A model generated the notes under the pieces. It saw nothing but the letters and a program-made list of their open reading frames with translations, made no database searches and was not told the origin of the DNA. Below, piece by piece: positions 1-9,363 of a stretch of DNA of 14,999 nucleotides. The position numbers and the translations under genes were made by a program. Each line of letters opens with the position of its first letter. Within the stretch, counting starts at the first letter, position 1. This DNA is from Planctomycetota bacterium (GTDB lineage: Bacteria > Planctomycetota > GCA-002687715 > DRQF01), in assembly GCA_027001995.1 (NCBI GenBank), contig JALTLO010000026.1, forward strand, positions 1-14,999, written 5' to 3'.

Positions 1-1113
1 CGCCTCCCCATGCGTCTCCTGGCCCAAAACACGAATTACAACCGCCTGCCATTCTTTCACTTGCTCAAGAAACTCCAGCCAGAACGGTTCACCGGCATAT
101 GCGAGATCATCCTCTGTCACGGCAATGGCGACAAAAGCTTGGTACAGGCAGCCATCCAGCATTTGTTTGAGACAGACTCTCGCAAATCCGCGTTCGCTGT
201 TGCTCGCGCTATTACTCCCAATACACCCGTGTCAGTGAGAACCCAAGCCATCAACCTGCTCAACTATTGGCAATCCCATGAGGGCATCTCCAGTTGTTTG
301 GACTTAGGGCAAGGCTCCGACTTCGACACTGATTTGGCAGCTCGCGTTCTATTTCGCACGCCATCTGTCCTTGGCAGTCCTATCATTCCTTCTATGCGCT
401 TTGATCATTTTGCATCAGATCGTTCCGATGGCGATCTTAAAGCCATTGCCAAAGAAGCGGACCTCACCAAAGCCCCACTGAAGTTTTCACTTCAGGTTCC
501 CCAAAGTAGCTATCCCAAGTATGCCGTCCTCTTCCGCGCGACAGATTTGGAGGGGAAGCCCTTCGATGTCGATTCACTTCAGCTTTCTCTCAGCGTCAAC
601 GAAAAAGGTGGATGGCTGACAAAAGGAAGAATGACCAGCGACAAAGGTCTTATCTGCTTCGTCGGCTCTCTCCCCCAAGATCGACTAGAGCCAGGAACAA
701 ACACCTTCTCACTTCGCCTCAAGAATACCCTCAGAAAGAAAACAAAGGCCTATGCCTTGGGATTCGTCCTATTCCCCCGCAACCGCCAAATCGATCAACC
801 TGTCGTTGGCTTAGACACCAACCCCATTGGAGAATCAACGCCCGTGCGGGCCGCGGCAGGATATCTCAAGGGCGATGCCCGAAGTCATCTATTGTGGATT
901 CGGCGGGACGGCTTAGGAAAGCCCAGTGGTGAAGTCCGAGTTATGGCGAATGGAAGGACCTTCCTACGATTTGCTCTCGCCGCCCTGAAGACGCCTCGCA
1001 CCATCGAAATTAAGCTGCCAGAAAACACAGCCCGAGACAGCAAAATTGAATTGATCTGCGTGGACGTTCCAAAAAACATGGCCGTAACCGCTCTTCTTTT
1101 GGAACAACAATAG
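1..1113 (+). CDS. Hypothetical protein, C-terminal part (5'-truncated by the window); helical, possibly HEAT-like segment followed by beta-rich domains
   Basis: Frame 1 is open from base 1 (cgc ctc ccc atg...) to TAG at 1111-1113, giving at least 370 codons. It ends 14 nt from the stop of the convergent kinase gene. No family motif recognised; 'VSVRTQAINLL' is weakly HEAT-like. Confidence 0.7.
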   Translation, partial: RLPMRLLAQNTNYNRLPFFHLLKKLQPERFTGICEIILCHGNGDKSLVQAAIQHLFETDSRKSAFAVARAITPNTPVSVRTQAINLLNYWQSHEGISSCLDLGQGSDFDTDLAARVLFRTPSVLGSPIIPSMRFDHFASDRSDGDLKAIAKEADLTKAPLKFSLQVPQSSYPKYAVLFRATDLEGKPFDVDSLQLSLSVNEKGGWLTKGRMTSDKGLICFVGSLPQDRLEPGTNTFSLRLKNTLRKKTKAYALGFVLFPRNRQIDQPVVGLDTNPIGESTPVRAAAGYLKGDARSHLLWIRRDGLGKPSGEVRVMANGRTFLRFALAALKTPRTIEIKLPENTARDSKIELICVDVPKNMAVTALLLEQQ

Positions 1114-1127
1114 GGCTAGCAAGTCTA

Positions 1128-4100
1128 TCACTCCCAAAGAGAGAGATGTCCCTCTTTTCGCGCTTCGGTATAGGGGCTCTTACTCAATTCTGTCTTCAAC
1201 CAGCCAGGTTTGGGCTGTTTCTTGGCAACCAATTCCAAGATCGCCTTCAGATCTTTCCAGCGCTTTTCCTTGGCTGCTAGGCGAGGTGCCAAAGTCAGAG
1301 TCCAATCGTCAACATTTCGCTGCGACAAAGCGGAGGAATAAACAAGATGAGCTCGCTTGGTAAGTCCAAGTTCTTCCAGCGCCATGCCGTGAAGTGCAAA
1401 CATCATTGGCGCCCATGGTTTCTGTGAAATATCCTTGCGCTTGCTGAGCTCTGAATACAGGGCCACAGCCTGGCGCGGTTCATGACTCCAAAACTGAAGC
1501 GTCGCCAAGAGGAATCGCGCCATCACCGCATCTCGAAACAAGCCAGTGAGACGATCAAAACCCTCTATCTGTATCATCGCAAGATCGTCCGCCGCCCGGT
1601 GAGCCGCCCGATCGATCTCGACAAAAGTGAGATCCCATAGTTCTTCTTCTAATTCCGTAATATCGATGGGCTTGTAGCGAAACAAGGATGTGCGTTTTGT
1701 GTTGTGGATGTAGAGAAAACTTAACCATGCCCGCCACATACGAGAATCTGTTCCGACGTTTTCTCGACTATAAAGCTCGTTGCAGATTTCCTTTTGCTCA
1801 TCGAGTTCGCCAATGCGGATTCGCAATTCAGATAGCAGGAATCGAATAACCTGACTTTCAGGATTCTCTTCCGCCATTTCGCGCAGCTCTCCCTCAACGG
1901 CAGGAAGGCCAAATGTACTGTCGAGAGCGCTATTCCGGACTCGTTCCACCAATAGAAAAGCCGCAAGCTCTTTCGCTTCCAAATAGCGACCTGGCATCAC
2001 GGCCAAAGTGGCGAAAGTATCCTCCGCGATTTCGAATTGTCCTAGGGCCATTTGCGCTCGTCCCTTTTCTGTGATCGCAGAGACGAGGCTTTCTTGCCAC
2101 CGCTGACGTCGCCTTCCACTCTCAGGAAGGTTCTGTTTCAGCTCATTCAGGTGCCCTATGGCTCGATCATAGGCCAAGATGGCTTCTTCATGCCGCCCAA
2201 GTCCAGAAAGACAATAGGCAAGCGCTTTCTCTAGGACCCACGGTTTCAGGAAGTCTCCTGTCTTTCTAAAATCTGCCAGCGCAGACTCAAAATCCCCCAA
2301 CCGACTACTCAAGAGGCCTCGTTGATAAATGGTTGCCCGGAATAACCGCCCTTGGTCTCCTGCATCTTTCTCTGAGGACAGCGAGAGATTCCCAACAAGC
2401 CCACTGTAGACCTCGCGGGCAGCATCAAACCGCCGATTCTGCCGCAACAAATTCCCCCGAATGAACCGCCCCCAATAGTTAGATGGCCTTTGGCTGACCC
2501 AAATATTTATTTCTCTAAGACCAGCCTCTCTCCCACCGGGAAAAAGAGCCAAAACGAAACCAGCAAAGTAGTGGTCTTCGAGGGTGGTGCTTTCATCATC
2601 GCCTATAAGTTCTTCAATTCGGGCCTTCGCCATGGCTCTCTCGCCTTCACGTGCGAGGTAAGCTCGTAGAAGCCGCGTTCTTCGATTAGAACCCGCAGAT
2701 TCCTGATCCCAAGAATTCAAGAGATTCACGGCTTCCTTCACCCGTCCCAGGCGCTTCAAAACGACGATCTGAATAAAGCGAAAATGGTCAGTCAGCACGT
2801 CGGGACGCCCAAGAGCTTCAGCCCGTTCTAAGAGGTCTGTCATGCCTCCATCAGGATCAATAGCTTGGCCACCGCCAATACTATTGCGCATGTAAAGTAA
2901 GGTCATCAGACGATCATGCAGATCATGCTTCTTGACACGACTCAACGACTCCTCCAAGCCTTCGATGGAAGCGCCTTCCTCCGACAACTGACCCAGAAGA
3001 TGAGCTGCATAGCTGAATTTTTCTCTTTCAGCCGATTGCATGGCAGCCTCATAGACATCCATTTGGGCCGCCAAGCGGTCTGAGCGGCTCTTCAAGATCA
3101 GAGATCCGCCAGCAAGAACGAAAACGAGGACAAACAACAGCAAAGCCACCAACTTCTTGTGGCGAGCGGCGGTGCGGAGCCCCCGGCGAACAGGCCCTAA
3201 ATGCCGGGCACGAACAGGCAACTGTTCTAAGAATCGGCGCAGATCGGCAGATAGATCAGCGGCGGTCTGATAGCGTCTCTCCGGTTCTTTTTCTAAGCAG
3301 CGAAAGACAATCGCCTCTAAATCTTTGGGCACGCCATAGGCCCGCAAGGCTGGAGGATCGCGGGTGAGAATCTGACGGGCTACAGCCTGAGTACTACGAC
3401 CAGCAAATGGTACGGCACCGGCAAGTAGATGATAAAGGGTAGCACCGAAGGAGTAGACATCACCCCGGCGATCAAGAGATTCATTTTCCCCTCGTACCTG
3501 CTCCGGGGACATATAGGGCACTGTGCCCAACATGTCTCCAGGCTGAGTGAGTTGTATTTGTTCTTCATGGGACGCCAAGCCAAAGTCGACGATGAAAGGA
3601 GTCCCCTTCTCGACCAGAATATTGCTGGGTTTCACATCACGGTGCAGAATACCGGTCTCGTGAGCGTGGTGCAGGGCGTCAGCGATGTCACTCATCCAAG
3701 CGACGACTTCATCGTAAAGTCTGAATGTGGCCGAGCTGTCCCGGCCACGACTCTGGCTGATGGTCGATTCAATGTCCTTGCCAGCGATGTAGCGCATGAC
3801 CAAGAATTCGACGCCGTTCTCCTCACCCCGCCCATACACAGGAACGATATTCGGATGATCAAGAGAAGCCGTGATTTCTGCTTCACGATGAAATCGTTTG
3901 ATCGTCTTGCTGCCTACCCTCGATAAGAGTTTCAATGCGACCAGACGCCCAAGAGCCGTGTCCTCCGCCAGAAAAACCACACCCATGCCACCAGAACCAA
4001 TTTCTTGGATCAATCTGTAGCCGCCTATCCTGCGGCCAGATTCAACGTCCATGAGTTGCTGGGGTAAACCTTCGGCGGCCAAGAGCTCAAGGCCTTCTTC

Positions 4101-4280
4101 TGCCAATTCGTTCAAAGCAACCAAGCGCAGAAGTTTTTCGGGGTCGTCGACACTCTCCTGCATCAGCAATGCTTTCAAGGCATCGTCATCTTCCCCAGCC
4201 AAGAAAAACGCTTCCATGTGCCTGTCGAGATCAGAAACGGGCAGGTCATCATCCTCAGGGTTGTCTGCGTCCTTATGCAT
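1128..4280 (-). CDS. Hanks-type Ser/Thr protein kinase with one transmembrane helix and a large C-terminal TPR region
   Basis: All canonical kinase motifs are present: IGSGGMGVVF, VALK, RFHREAE, HRDVKPSN, DFGLA, GTVPYMSPEQ, DVYSFG, PERRY. A TM segment (LVALLLFVLVFVLAGGSLIL) is followed by TPR-like helices (e.g. LGRHEEAILAYDRAI, LGDFESALADF). Start placed at ATG 4280, which overlaps the sigma factor stop (ATGCATAA); the ORF-track start at 4298 is the alternative. Confidence 0.93.
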   Translation of the reverse strand: MHKDADNPEDDDLPVSDLDRHMEAFFLAGEDDDALKALLMQESVDDPEKLLRLVALNELAEEGLELLAAEGLPQQLMDVESGRRIGGYRLIQEIGSGGMGVVFLAEDTALGRLVALKLLSRVGSKTIKRFHREAEITASLDHPNIVPVYGRGEENGVEFLVMRYIAGKDIESTISQSRGRDSSATFRLYDEVVAWMSDIADALHHAHETGILHRDVKPSNILVEKGTPFIVDFGLASHEEQIQLTQPGDMLGTVPYMSPEQVRGENESLDRRGDVYSFGATLYHLLAGAVPFAGRSTQAVARQILTRDPPALRAYGVPKDLEAIVFRCLEKEPERRYQTAADLSADLRRFLEQLPVRARHLGPVRRGLRTAARHKKLVALLLFVLVFVLAGGSLILKSRSDRLAAQMDVYEAAMQSAEREKFSYAAHLLGQLSEEGASIEGLEESLSRVKKHDLHDRLMTLLYMRNSIGGGQAIDPDGGMTDLLERAEALGRPDVLTDHFRFIQIVVLKRLGRVKEAVNLLNSWDQESAGSNRRTRLLRAYLAREGERAMAKARIEELIGDDESTTLEDHYFAGFVLALFPGGREAGLREINIWVSQRPSNYWGRFIRGNLLRQNRRFDAAREVYSGLVGNLSLSSEKDAGDQGRLFRATIYQRGLLSSRLGDFESALADFRKTGDFLKPWVLEKALAYCLSGLGRHEEAILAYDRAIGHLNELKQNLPESGRRRQRWQESLVSAITEKGRAQMALGQFEIAEDTFATLAVMPGRYLEAKELAAFLLVERVRNSALDSTFGLPAVEGELREMAEENPESQVIRFLLSELRIRIGELDEQKEICNELYSRENVGTDSRMWRAWLSFLYIHNTKRTSLFRYKPIDITELEEELWDLTFVEIDRAAHRAADDLAMIQIEGFDRLTGLFRDAVMARFLLATLQFWSHEPRQAVALYSELSKRKDISQKPWAPMMFALHGMALEELGLTKRAHLVYSSALSQRNVDDWTLTLAPRLAAKEKRWKDLKAILELVAKKQPKPGWLKTELSKSPYTEARKEGHLSLWE

Positions 4281-4878
4281 TTTCCTCGAGGCCATCATTC
4301 AGTTCTTGAAGCAGTCGAACTCGAGCCCGCGCCAAGAGCATGCGCGTAGCTTGTTCGCTGCGGGACATGATTTTCGCCGCCTCTTCGTGGGTCTTTTTGT
4401 CAAAACGCATAAGAGTAATAATCTGACGATAATCTTCTGGCAACCGTCGCAAGGCTTTTAGAACCAACTCCATTTGCTCTGAATTACCGGCGCATCGGCT
4501 GGGAGTCGGAGCATCAGCGGGAGCTTGACTCACGGCAAGAATATCATCCGGTGCCTTGCCATTTTGACCTCGCCTTTTCTTGGCACCAAAATAGCGATGA
4601 CGGTCGCGAATGGTGTTGTCAGTGATTCTGGCCAACCAATGAAGGAATCCCTTCTCATCGCGATACTCCATGTCAGGAAGGCTCTTCATCGCTTCCATGC
4701 ACACACTCTGGACAACATCGGAAGACTCCAAATTGTTGCGGAGCTGGCCACCGAGCTTCTTGCGGACCAGATTGGAGATTCGCCCGCGGTAGAGGTCGAA
4801 AACCGCATCCAAAGCATCTCTATCACCTTGCTTCGCTCGTCTGATTAGTTCACTGAGTTCGTCCATAATTCTGCTCAT
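4273..4878 (-). CDS. ECF RNA polymerase sigma-70 factor, planctomycete-type, kinase-associated
   Basis: Region 2: LIRRAKQGDRDALDAVFDLYR...ESSDVVQS...FLHWLARITDNTIRDRHR. Linker contains TPS. Region 4: ALRRLPEDYRQIITLMRFDKKTHEEAAKIMSRSEQATRMLLARAR. Lies directly upstream of, and overlaps, the kinase. Start is ATG 4878 or 4866. Confidence 0.93.
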   Translation of the reverse strand: MSRIMDELSELIRRAKQGDRDALDAVFDLYRGRISNLVRKKLGGQLRNNLESSDVVQSVCMEAMKSLPDMEYRDEKGFLHWLARITDNTIRDRHRYFGAKKRRGQNGKAPDDILAVSQAPADAPTPSRCAGNSEQMELVLKALRRLPEDYRQIITLMRFDKKTHEEAAKIMSRSEQATRMLLARARVRLLQELNDGLEENA

Positions 4879-5041
4879 TTACTACACTGAACAAATCATA
4901 ACTGCTTGCTCTTGTTTGCAGGACAACTCTTTCTTTTGCGGCCCTTTTCTGGGGCTACATGAATGAAATCTCAAGAATATGCAGCGGCTTATGGCTGAAA
5001 TGGTCAAAGTCGCAGTCAAGAGCAGCGCAACGGACCTGGAC

Positions 5042-6040
5042 CTAAGACGGGCCACCATGGCACTGAGAAAGAAGCCAGGCATCTGCCAAAGCGAAGGCCA
5101 CCATAGCCTCCAAAACTGGAATCACTCGGGGCACGATGCAAGGATCGTGCCTGCCATGCTTGGCGGTCTTGGCGATTGAACTTGTGGGTTTAATAGCGGC
5201 CTGCAAGACAATGTCCTCGCCAGTCGAAATGCCTCCAAGAATGCCACCAAAATTCTCCCGGTTGGAAACGTAGTCTTGGCCTCTTTGTTCAACAGACGAG
5301 AATCCGACTCCATAAGAAAAGCCCGTGACCGCACCAACGCTCATGACGGCATCTGCCAAGGTCGCTTTGAGTTTGCGAAAAGTAGGGTCGCCAATCCCAA
5401 GAGGCGGTGAACTCACCCGGATTTCAACCAGACCACCAACGGAATCGGAAACATCTCGCACCTCTTCAATGTAGGCAATCATCTTGGACGCGGCTTCAGC
5501 ATCAGCACAGCGAACTGGGTTTGCCTCGATTTCCTTGGGATCAAAAGATGAAACCCGATGAGGACCAATCTGAAGAGCATGCCCCACGATAATCACATCG
5601 GGAGGCAAAATTTTCCGTGCCAAGACCCCGGCGATGACCCGCGCCAAAGTCTCCCTTCCGGAAGAGCGACCGCCACCCCGGTGGTCCCGATGCCCATACT
5701 TTTGGGCATAGGTTTCATCGGCATGTCCAGGCCGCGGGTTGTCGCGCACATGATCGTAGTCACCAGAACGCTGGTTGGTGTTGCGAACGATCACAGCTAT
5801 GGGTGCACCCGTGGTCTTGCCATCAAAGACGCCAGAGAGAATTTCGGGGTCATCGCTCTCAACTCGACTCGTCGTCATCGCGCTTTGACCCGGGCGCCTG
5901 CGAATCAATTCAGCCATGAGGTCTTTGGTGTCAACACAAATTCCAGAAGGACAACCATCAATGACTACCCCCAAAGCTGCACCATGAGATTCGCCGAACG
6001 TTGTCATCGTCAAGATGTTACCGAAGCTATTGCTGGCCAT
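5042..6040 (-). CDS. aroC: Chorismate synthase
   Basis: Signature motifs [47 protein letters not shown] and GRHDPC. The start overlaps the end of the upstream aroD-aroE gene by 14 nt. Confidence 0.97.
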   Translation of the reverse strand: MASNSFGNILTMTTFGESHGAALGVVIDGCPSGICVDTKDLMAELIRRRPGQSAMTTSRVESDDPEILSGVFDGKTTGAPIAVIVRNTNQRSGDYDHVRDNPRPGHADETYAQKYGHRDHRGGGRSSGRETLARVIAGVLARKILPPDVIIVGHALQIGPHRVSSFDPKEIEANPVRCADAEAASKMIAYIEEVRDVSDSVGGLVEIRVSSPPLGIGDPTFRKLKATLADAVMSVGAVTGFSYGVGFSSVEQRGQDYVSNRENFGGILGGISTGEDIVLQAAIKPTSSIAKTAKHGRHDPCIVPRVIPVLEAMVAFALADAWLLSQCHGGPS

Positions 6041-7397
6041 GGTCGCTTAGCAGTCCATTCAAGAAGTCTCTGTCACTCTCATCAACAAGCTCCCCAGAGA
6101 ACTCGCGAAACTGGGCGAGTGCTTGAGCCTTCAGCATACCTTCTCCATCTACCCCATGATAGCCAAGGTCAGATGCTCGCCGCAGAAAATCTGTTTCCTT
6201 ACCGTAGCGTAGATCAATGGCGAAAGACTCTCCTTCCGGCTTGGGCAAAGAAAGATCCGGTAAATCCATAGGAAGAGCCCAGACCAGTAAGTGGGTCGAT
6301 GCCTTACCTAGTTGGCCAAGAGGAGCATGGTGGGCGTCAAACCTCTTAGCCAATGCTCTGCGGGCTTTTTCGTTCCGAGCATAGATTGTGATCGTCTCCA
6401 CCCCCAATTCTCTTAGAGCCAAAACGACACTCGAAAGAACTCCTCCGGATCCGACCACAGCGGCAGATTTCGCTCCTCGAAACTGAGGATAGCCTTCGAC
6501 AATCCCTTGTGGATCTTTTTGCCAGCCATGCCAACCGTCTTCGCGCTTGGCGCAGGTATTCACTGCACCCGTCTCCCGTGCGCTTAGTTCCAGATGAGGG
6601 ATCAAAGGACAAAGAGCCACTTTATGAGGTGCGGTCACCGAAAAACCAGCAAAACCAAAGGCGTCAAGGGCCTCAAAATCGGCCAAGAGATCATCCGTGG
6701 GCCAAGAGCCATAAAAACCGTTTATCCCATGCCTCTCCATCAGTCCATTGTGAATCAACGGACTCGCACTTTGAAGCTTCTCGCCCCCCAAGATGGCAAA
6801 CAGTTGGGGCTCCGGCTTTTGGCGACGAGTGTGGCAATCATCTAAGAGCAGCTGACCCGGTGCGGAGATACCCCCAACTTCCATGGCCACGTAGCTGAGA
6901 GAATTGCGCCACAGGGACATGATGCGATTCGGCCATGACTTAGGCCCCATGCCCAAAAAGGTGGTCGAAACCAGTTGTCCCATGGCTTCCTGAGCCTCCC
7001 GCAATGCCAAGAGGTCCTGGGCGTTGCGAACAAAGGTGGCCACCTTGACATGTCCACCCTGAGGCAGTTGGGCTTCCAGTGCTCTTGCCATCTCAACAAG
7101 AGTCTGGGTGTTTGGCGTCTTCTCATAATCATGGAAGGAGCGAATCTGATAGGGGCCCATTGGTCCAGAACATTTTTCGTCCAGCTCCAGGTCGACCCAA
7201 AAGACACCCCCCTCTAACAGGGCATGAAGGTCTCGACCTCGTGGCGCCGCCAGGATTGGCAAAGGGGAAGTAAAGGGGGCAAGGCCCGGTGTCAAGTCCC
7301 CACGGATCTCCAGGATGTCAGCCCCTCTTCTCTTGGCTTCCTCAGCAAAAGAAAGGGGATTCTCAGCGTGATTTGCCGGCAGAGTGACAACAAGCAT
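6027..7397 (-). CDS. aroDE: Bifunctional type I 3-dehydroquinate dehydratase / shikimate dehydrogenase (AroD-AroE fusion)
   Basis: N-terminal type I DHQase motifs: ADILEIRGD, VDLEL, SFHDYEKTP, VKVA (Schiff-base Lys), GMG...R, SAPGQ. C-terminal shikimate dehydrogenase motifs: SASPLIHN, GFSVTAPHK, GAVNT, GSGG, DLRY, DGEGMLKAQALAQF. Co-oriented with and overlapping aroC. Confidence 0.92.
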   Translation of the reverse strand: MLVVTLPANHAENPLSFAEEAKRRGADILEIRGDLTPGLAPFTSPLPILAAPRGRDLHALLEGGVFWVDLELDEKCSGPMGPYQIRSFHDYEKTPNTQTLVEMARALEAQLPQGGHVKVATFVRNAQDLLALREAQEAMGQLVSTTFLGMGPKSWPNRIMSLWRNSLSYVAMEVGGISAPGQLLLDDCHTRRQKPEPQLFAILGGEKLQSASPLIHNGLMERHGINGFYGSWPTDDLLADFEALDAFGFAGFSVTAPHKVALCPLIPHLELSARETGAVNTCAKREDGWHGWQKDPQGIVEGYPQFRGAKSAAVVGSGGVLSSVVLALRELGVETITIYARNEKARRALAKRFDAHHAPLGQLGKASTHLLVWALPMDLPDLSLPKPEGESFAIDLRYGKETDFLRRASDLGYHGVDGEGMLKAQALAQFREFSGELVDESDRDFLNGLLSDHGQQ

Positions 7398-7552
7398 GTC
7401 TTAGCATCCAAGGGACAAATTACTCTCCAAGTCTGACGAACGACCGAAGTTATTCAAGAGACGTATCACAATACCACCCCAGCAATCGCCCAAAAGCAGA
7501 CTTCGAGAATTCGGATATGATGCTCTCATCGAAGTAAGGAGACGGGATAGAC

Positions 7553-9346
7553 ATGGATGAATCAGTTGGCCTAATGCTGGTAGCCGTGGTTGGAGCGGCT
7601 GCCCAGTGGATTTCTTGGCGGCTCCGCATTCCAGCAATCCTGCTCTTGCTTCTTGGTGGAGTCTTGGCCGGGCCGGTATTGGGTTTCATTGATCCTGATG
7701 CACTCTTGGGAAGCCTCCTGCTTCCGGTTGTCTCTTTGTCTGTGGCCTTGATCCTCTTCGAAGGGGGATTGAGCTTGGAACTAAGAGAGACCCGCGAACT
7801 CAGAGGCAGCATCGTTTCCTTAGTGAGCTTGGGTGCTTTGGTGAGCTGGATTGTCGCCGCTATGGGGTCCCATTTCATTCTCACTATGGATTGGGGATTG
7901 GCATTCCTTTTGGGGGCGATCTTGACGGTCACGGGCCCCACGGTCATTGGTCCGATTCTCCGGCAAGTTCGGCCAACGGGTTCCTCCGGCACCCTGCTAA
8001 AATGGGAAGGGATCGTCATCGATCCTGTGGGGGCTATGTTAGCCCTCTTGGTTTTCAAGATTCTGGTGGCCCAGACCAAGGGCGAAGCATTCAGCACCAT
8101 CATGGTCGCCTTAGTCCTCACTCTTTTTGTCGGTGGTCTAGGCGGCTTTCTCTTGGCGCGCCTGATTCACCATGCCCTTCGGCGCCATTGGATTCCTGAA
8201 TTCCTACAGAATCCCTTCATGCTGGCCGCCGTTATCGGAGCTTTCGTCACCTCAAACATGATCCAAGAAGAGTCCGGGCTGTTAACAGTGACAGTGATGG
8301 GAGCAGTTTTGGCCAACCAAAAAACCGTCGTCCTACATCACATCATCGAATTTAAGGAGAATTTGCGGGTCCTGCTGATCTCCAGCATTTTTATCCTATT
8401 GGCGGCGCGGGTCGATTTAGAAGCCCTAATCGACCTGGGCTGGCGGGCCGGCGCCTTCTTGGCCCTCCTTGTCTTCATCGGACGCCCTCTTTCGATCTGG
8501 GTCTCAACTTGCCGTTCCCGCAGCATTTCATGGCGAGACCGGGGGTTCCTCATGTGGATGGCACCCAGGGGCGTGGTAGCAGCGGCGGTCTCCAGCGTTT
8601 TCGCTCTCGAATTGCATCATGCCGGGGTTCATGGTGCTGATCTCTTAGTTACCGTGAGCTTTGCCGTCATCGTCGGCACCGTCACTCTTTATGGACTCAC
8701 AGCCAAATTCGTGGCCAAGCAATTGGGCATAGCGGGTGGTGATGAAAACGGGCTGCTTTTGGTTGGTGCCCAACAGGGGGTCAGACAATTGGCTCTGATA
8801 ATTCAAGATCAAGACATTCCCGTCTTGCTGGTAGACAGAAACCGCCAGCGGATACAAAAGGCGAAACTGGCGGGCCTACCCTGCCATTGGGGTGATATTC
8901 TCAGCGAAGTTCTCTTAGAAGACCTCAACCTCAGTGGCATTGGCTATATGTTAGCCCTGACCCCGAGCAGCGAGGTCAATCAACTGTCGGCTTTGCATTT
9001 CGCCGAGGTTTTCGGCCGGAGCCATGTTTTTCGCCTTTCCGCCATGACCCTCAAAGAGCACAAGCAGGAAGTTGCTGTTCAGGCGGCGGATGGGCGCGTC
9101 CTCTTTGACAAAGACATGGGGCAGTCCTACATCGCTGGTCGCATCGCTTCTGGGGCCACGTTCAAAGCGACGAAATTGACGGAAGATTTCAACTTTCAAG
9201 CATTCAATGAACTCTACAAAGGACTTGCCCGTCCCCTCATGTTGATTCGGAACAAGACAATCACCCTGAGCAGCGCCGACCAGGGCTTAACACCAAAACC
9301 TGGTGATGTATTGATCAGCTTGGCCGATGAAGAAATCAAAAACTGA
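7553..9346 (+). CDS. Cation:proton antiporter (CPA1, NhaP-type) with C-terminal RCK/TrkA-N-like domain
   Basis: About 12-13 hydrophobic helices. Motifs ILFEGGLSL, LTVTGPTVIGPIL, LKWEGIVIDPVGA, QEESGLLTVTVMG and WMAPRGVVAAAVSS. Cytosolic tail GLLLVGA...VLLVDRN...GDILSE is RCK-like. SD-like aaggag/ggga upstream. Confidence 0.93.
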   Translation: MDESVGLMLVAVVGAAAQWISWRLRIPAILLLLLGGVLAGPVLGFIDPDALLGSLLLPVVSLSVALILFEGGLSLELRETRELRGSIVSLVSLGALVSWIVAAMGSHFILTMDWGLAFLLGAILTVTGPTVIGPILRQVRPTGSSGTLLKWEGIVIDPVGAMLALLVFKILVAQTKGEAFSTIMVALVLTLFVGGLGGFLLARLIHHALRRHWIPEFLQNPFMLAAVIGAFVTSNMIQEESGLLTVTVMGAVLANQKTVVLHHIIEFKENLRVLLISSIFILLAARVDLEALIDLGWRAGAFLALLVFIGRPLSIWVSTCRSRSISWRDRGFLMWMAPRGVVAAAVSSVFALELHHAGVHGADLLVTVSFAVIVGTVTLYGLTAKFVAKQLGIAGGDENGLLLVGAQQGVRQLALIIQDQDIPVLLVDRNRQRIQKAKLAGLPCHWGDILSEVLLEDLNLSGIGYMLALTPSSEVNQLSALHFAEVFGRSHVFRLSAMTLKEHKQEVAVQAADGRVLFDKDMGQSYIAGRIASGATFKATKLTEDFNFQAFNELYKGLARPLMLIRNKTITLSSADQGLTPKPGDVLISLADEEIKN

Positions 9347-9363
9347 GGCTGGCAGGATGATGG

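Noticed and set aside
3380..8857. Numerous antisense and alternate-frame ORFs (e.g. 3429..3926 +, 5558..6271 +, 7450..8121 -)
   Set aside because: They lie largely or wholly within well-supported genes, have no recognisable motifs, and are expected shadow ORFs at this GC content.
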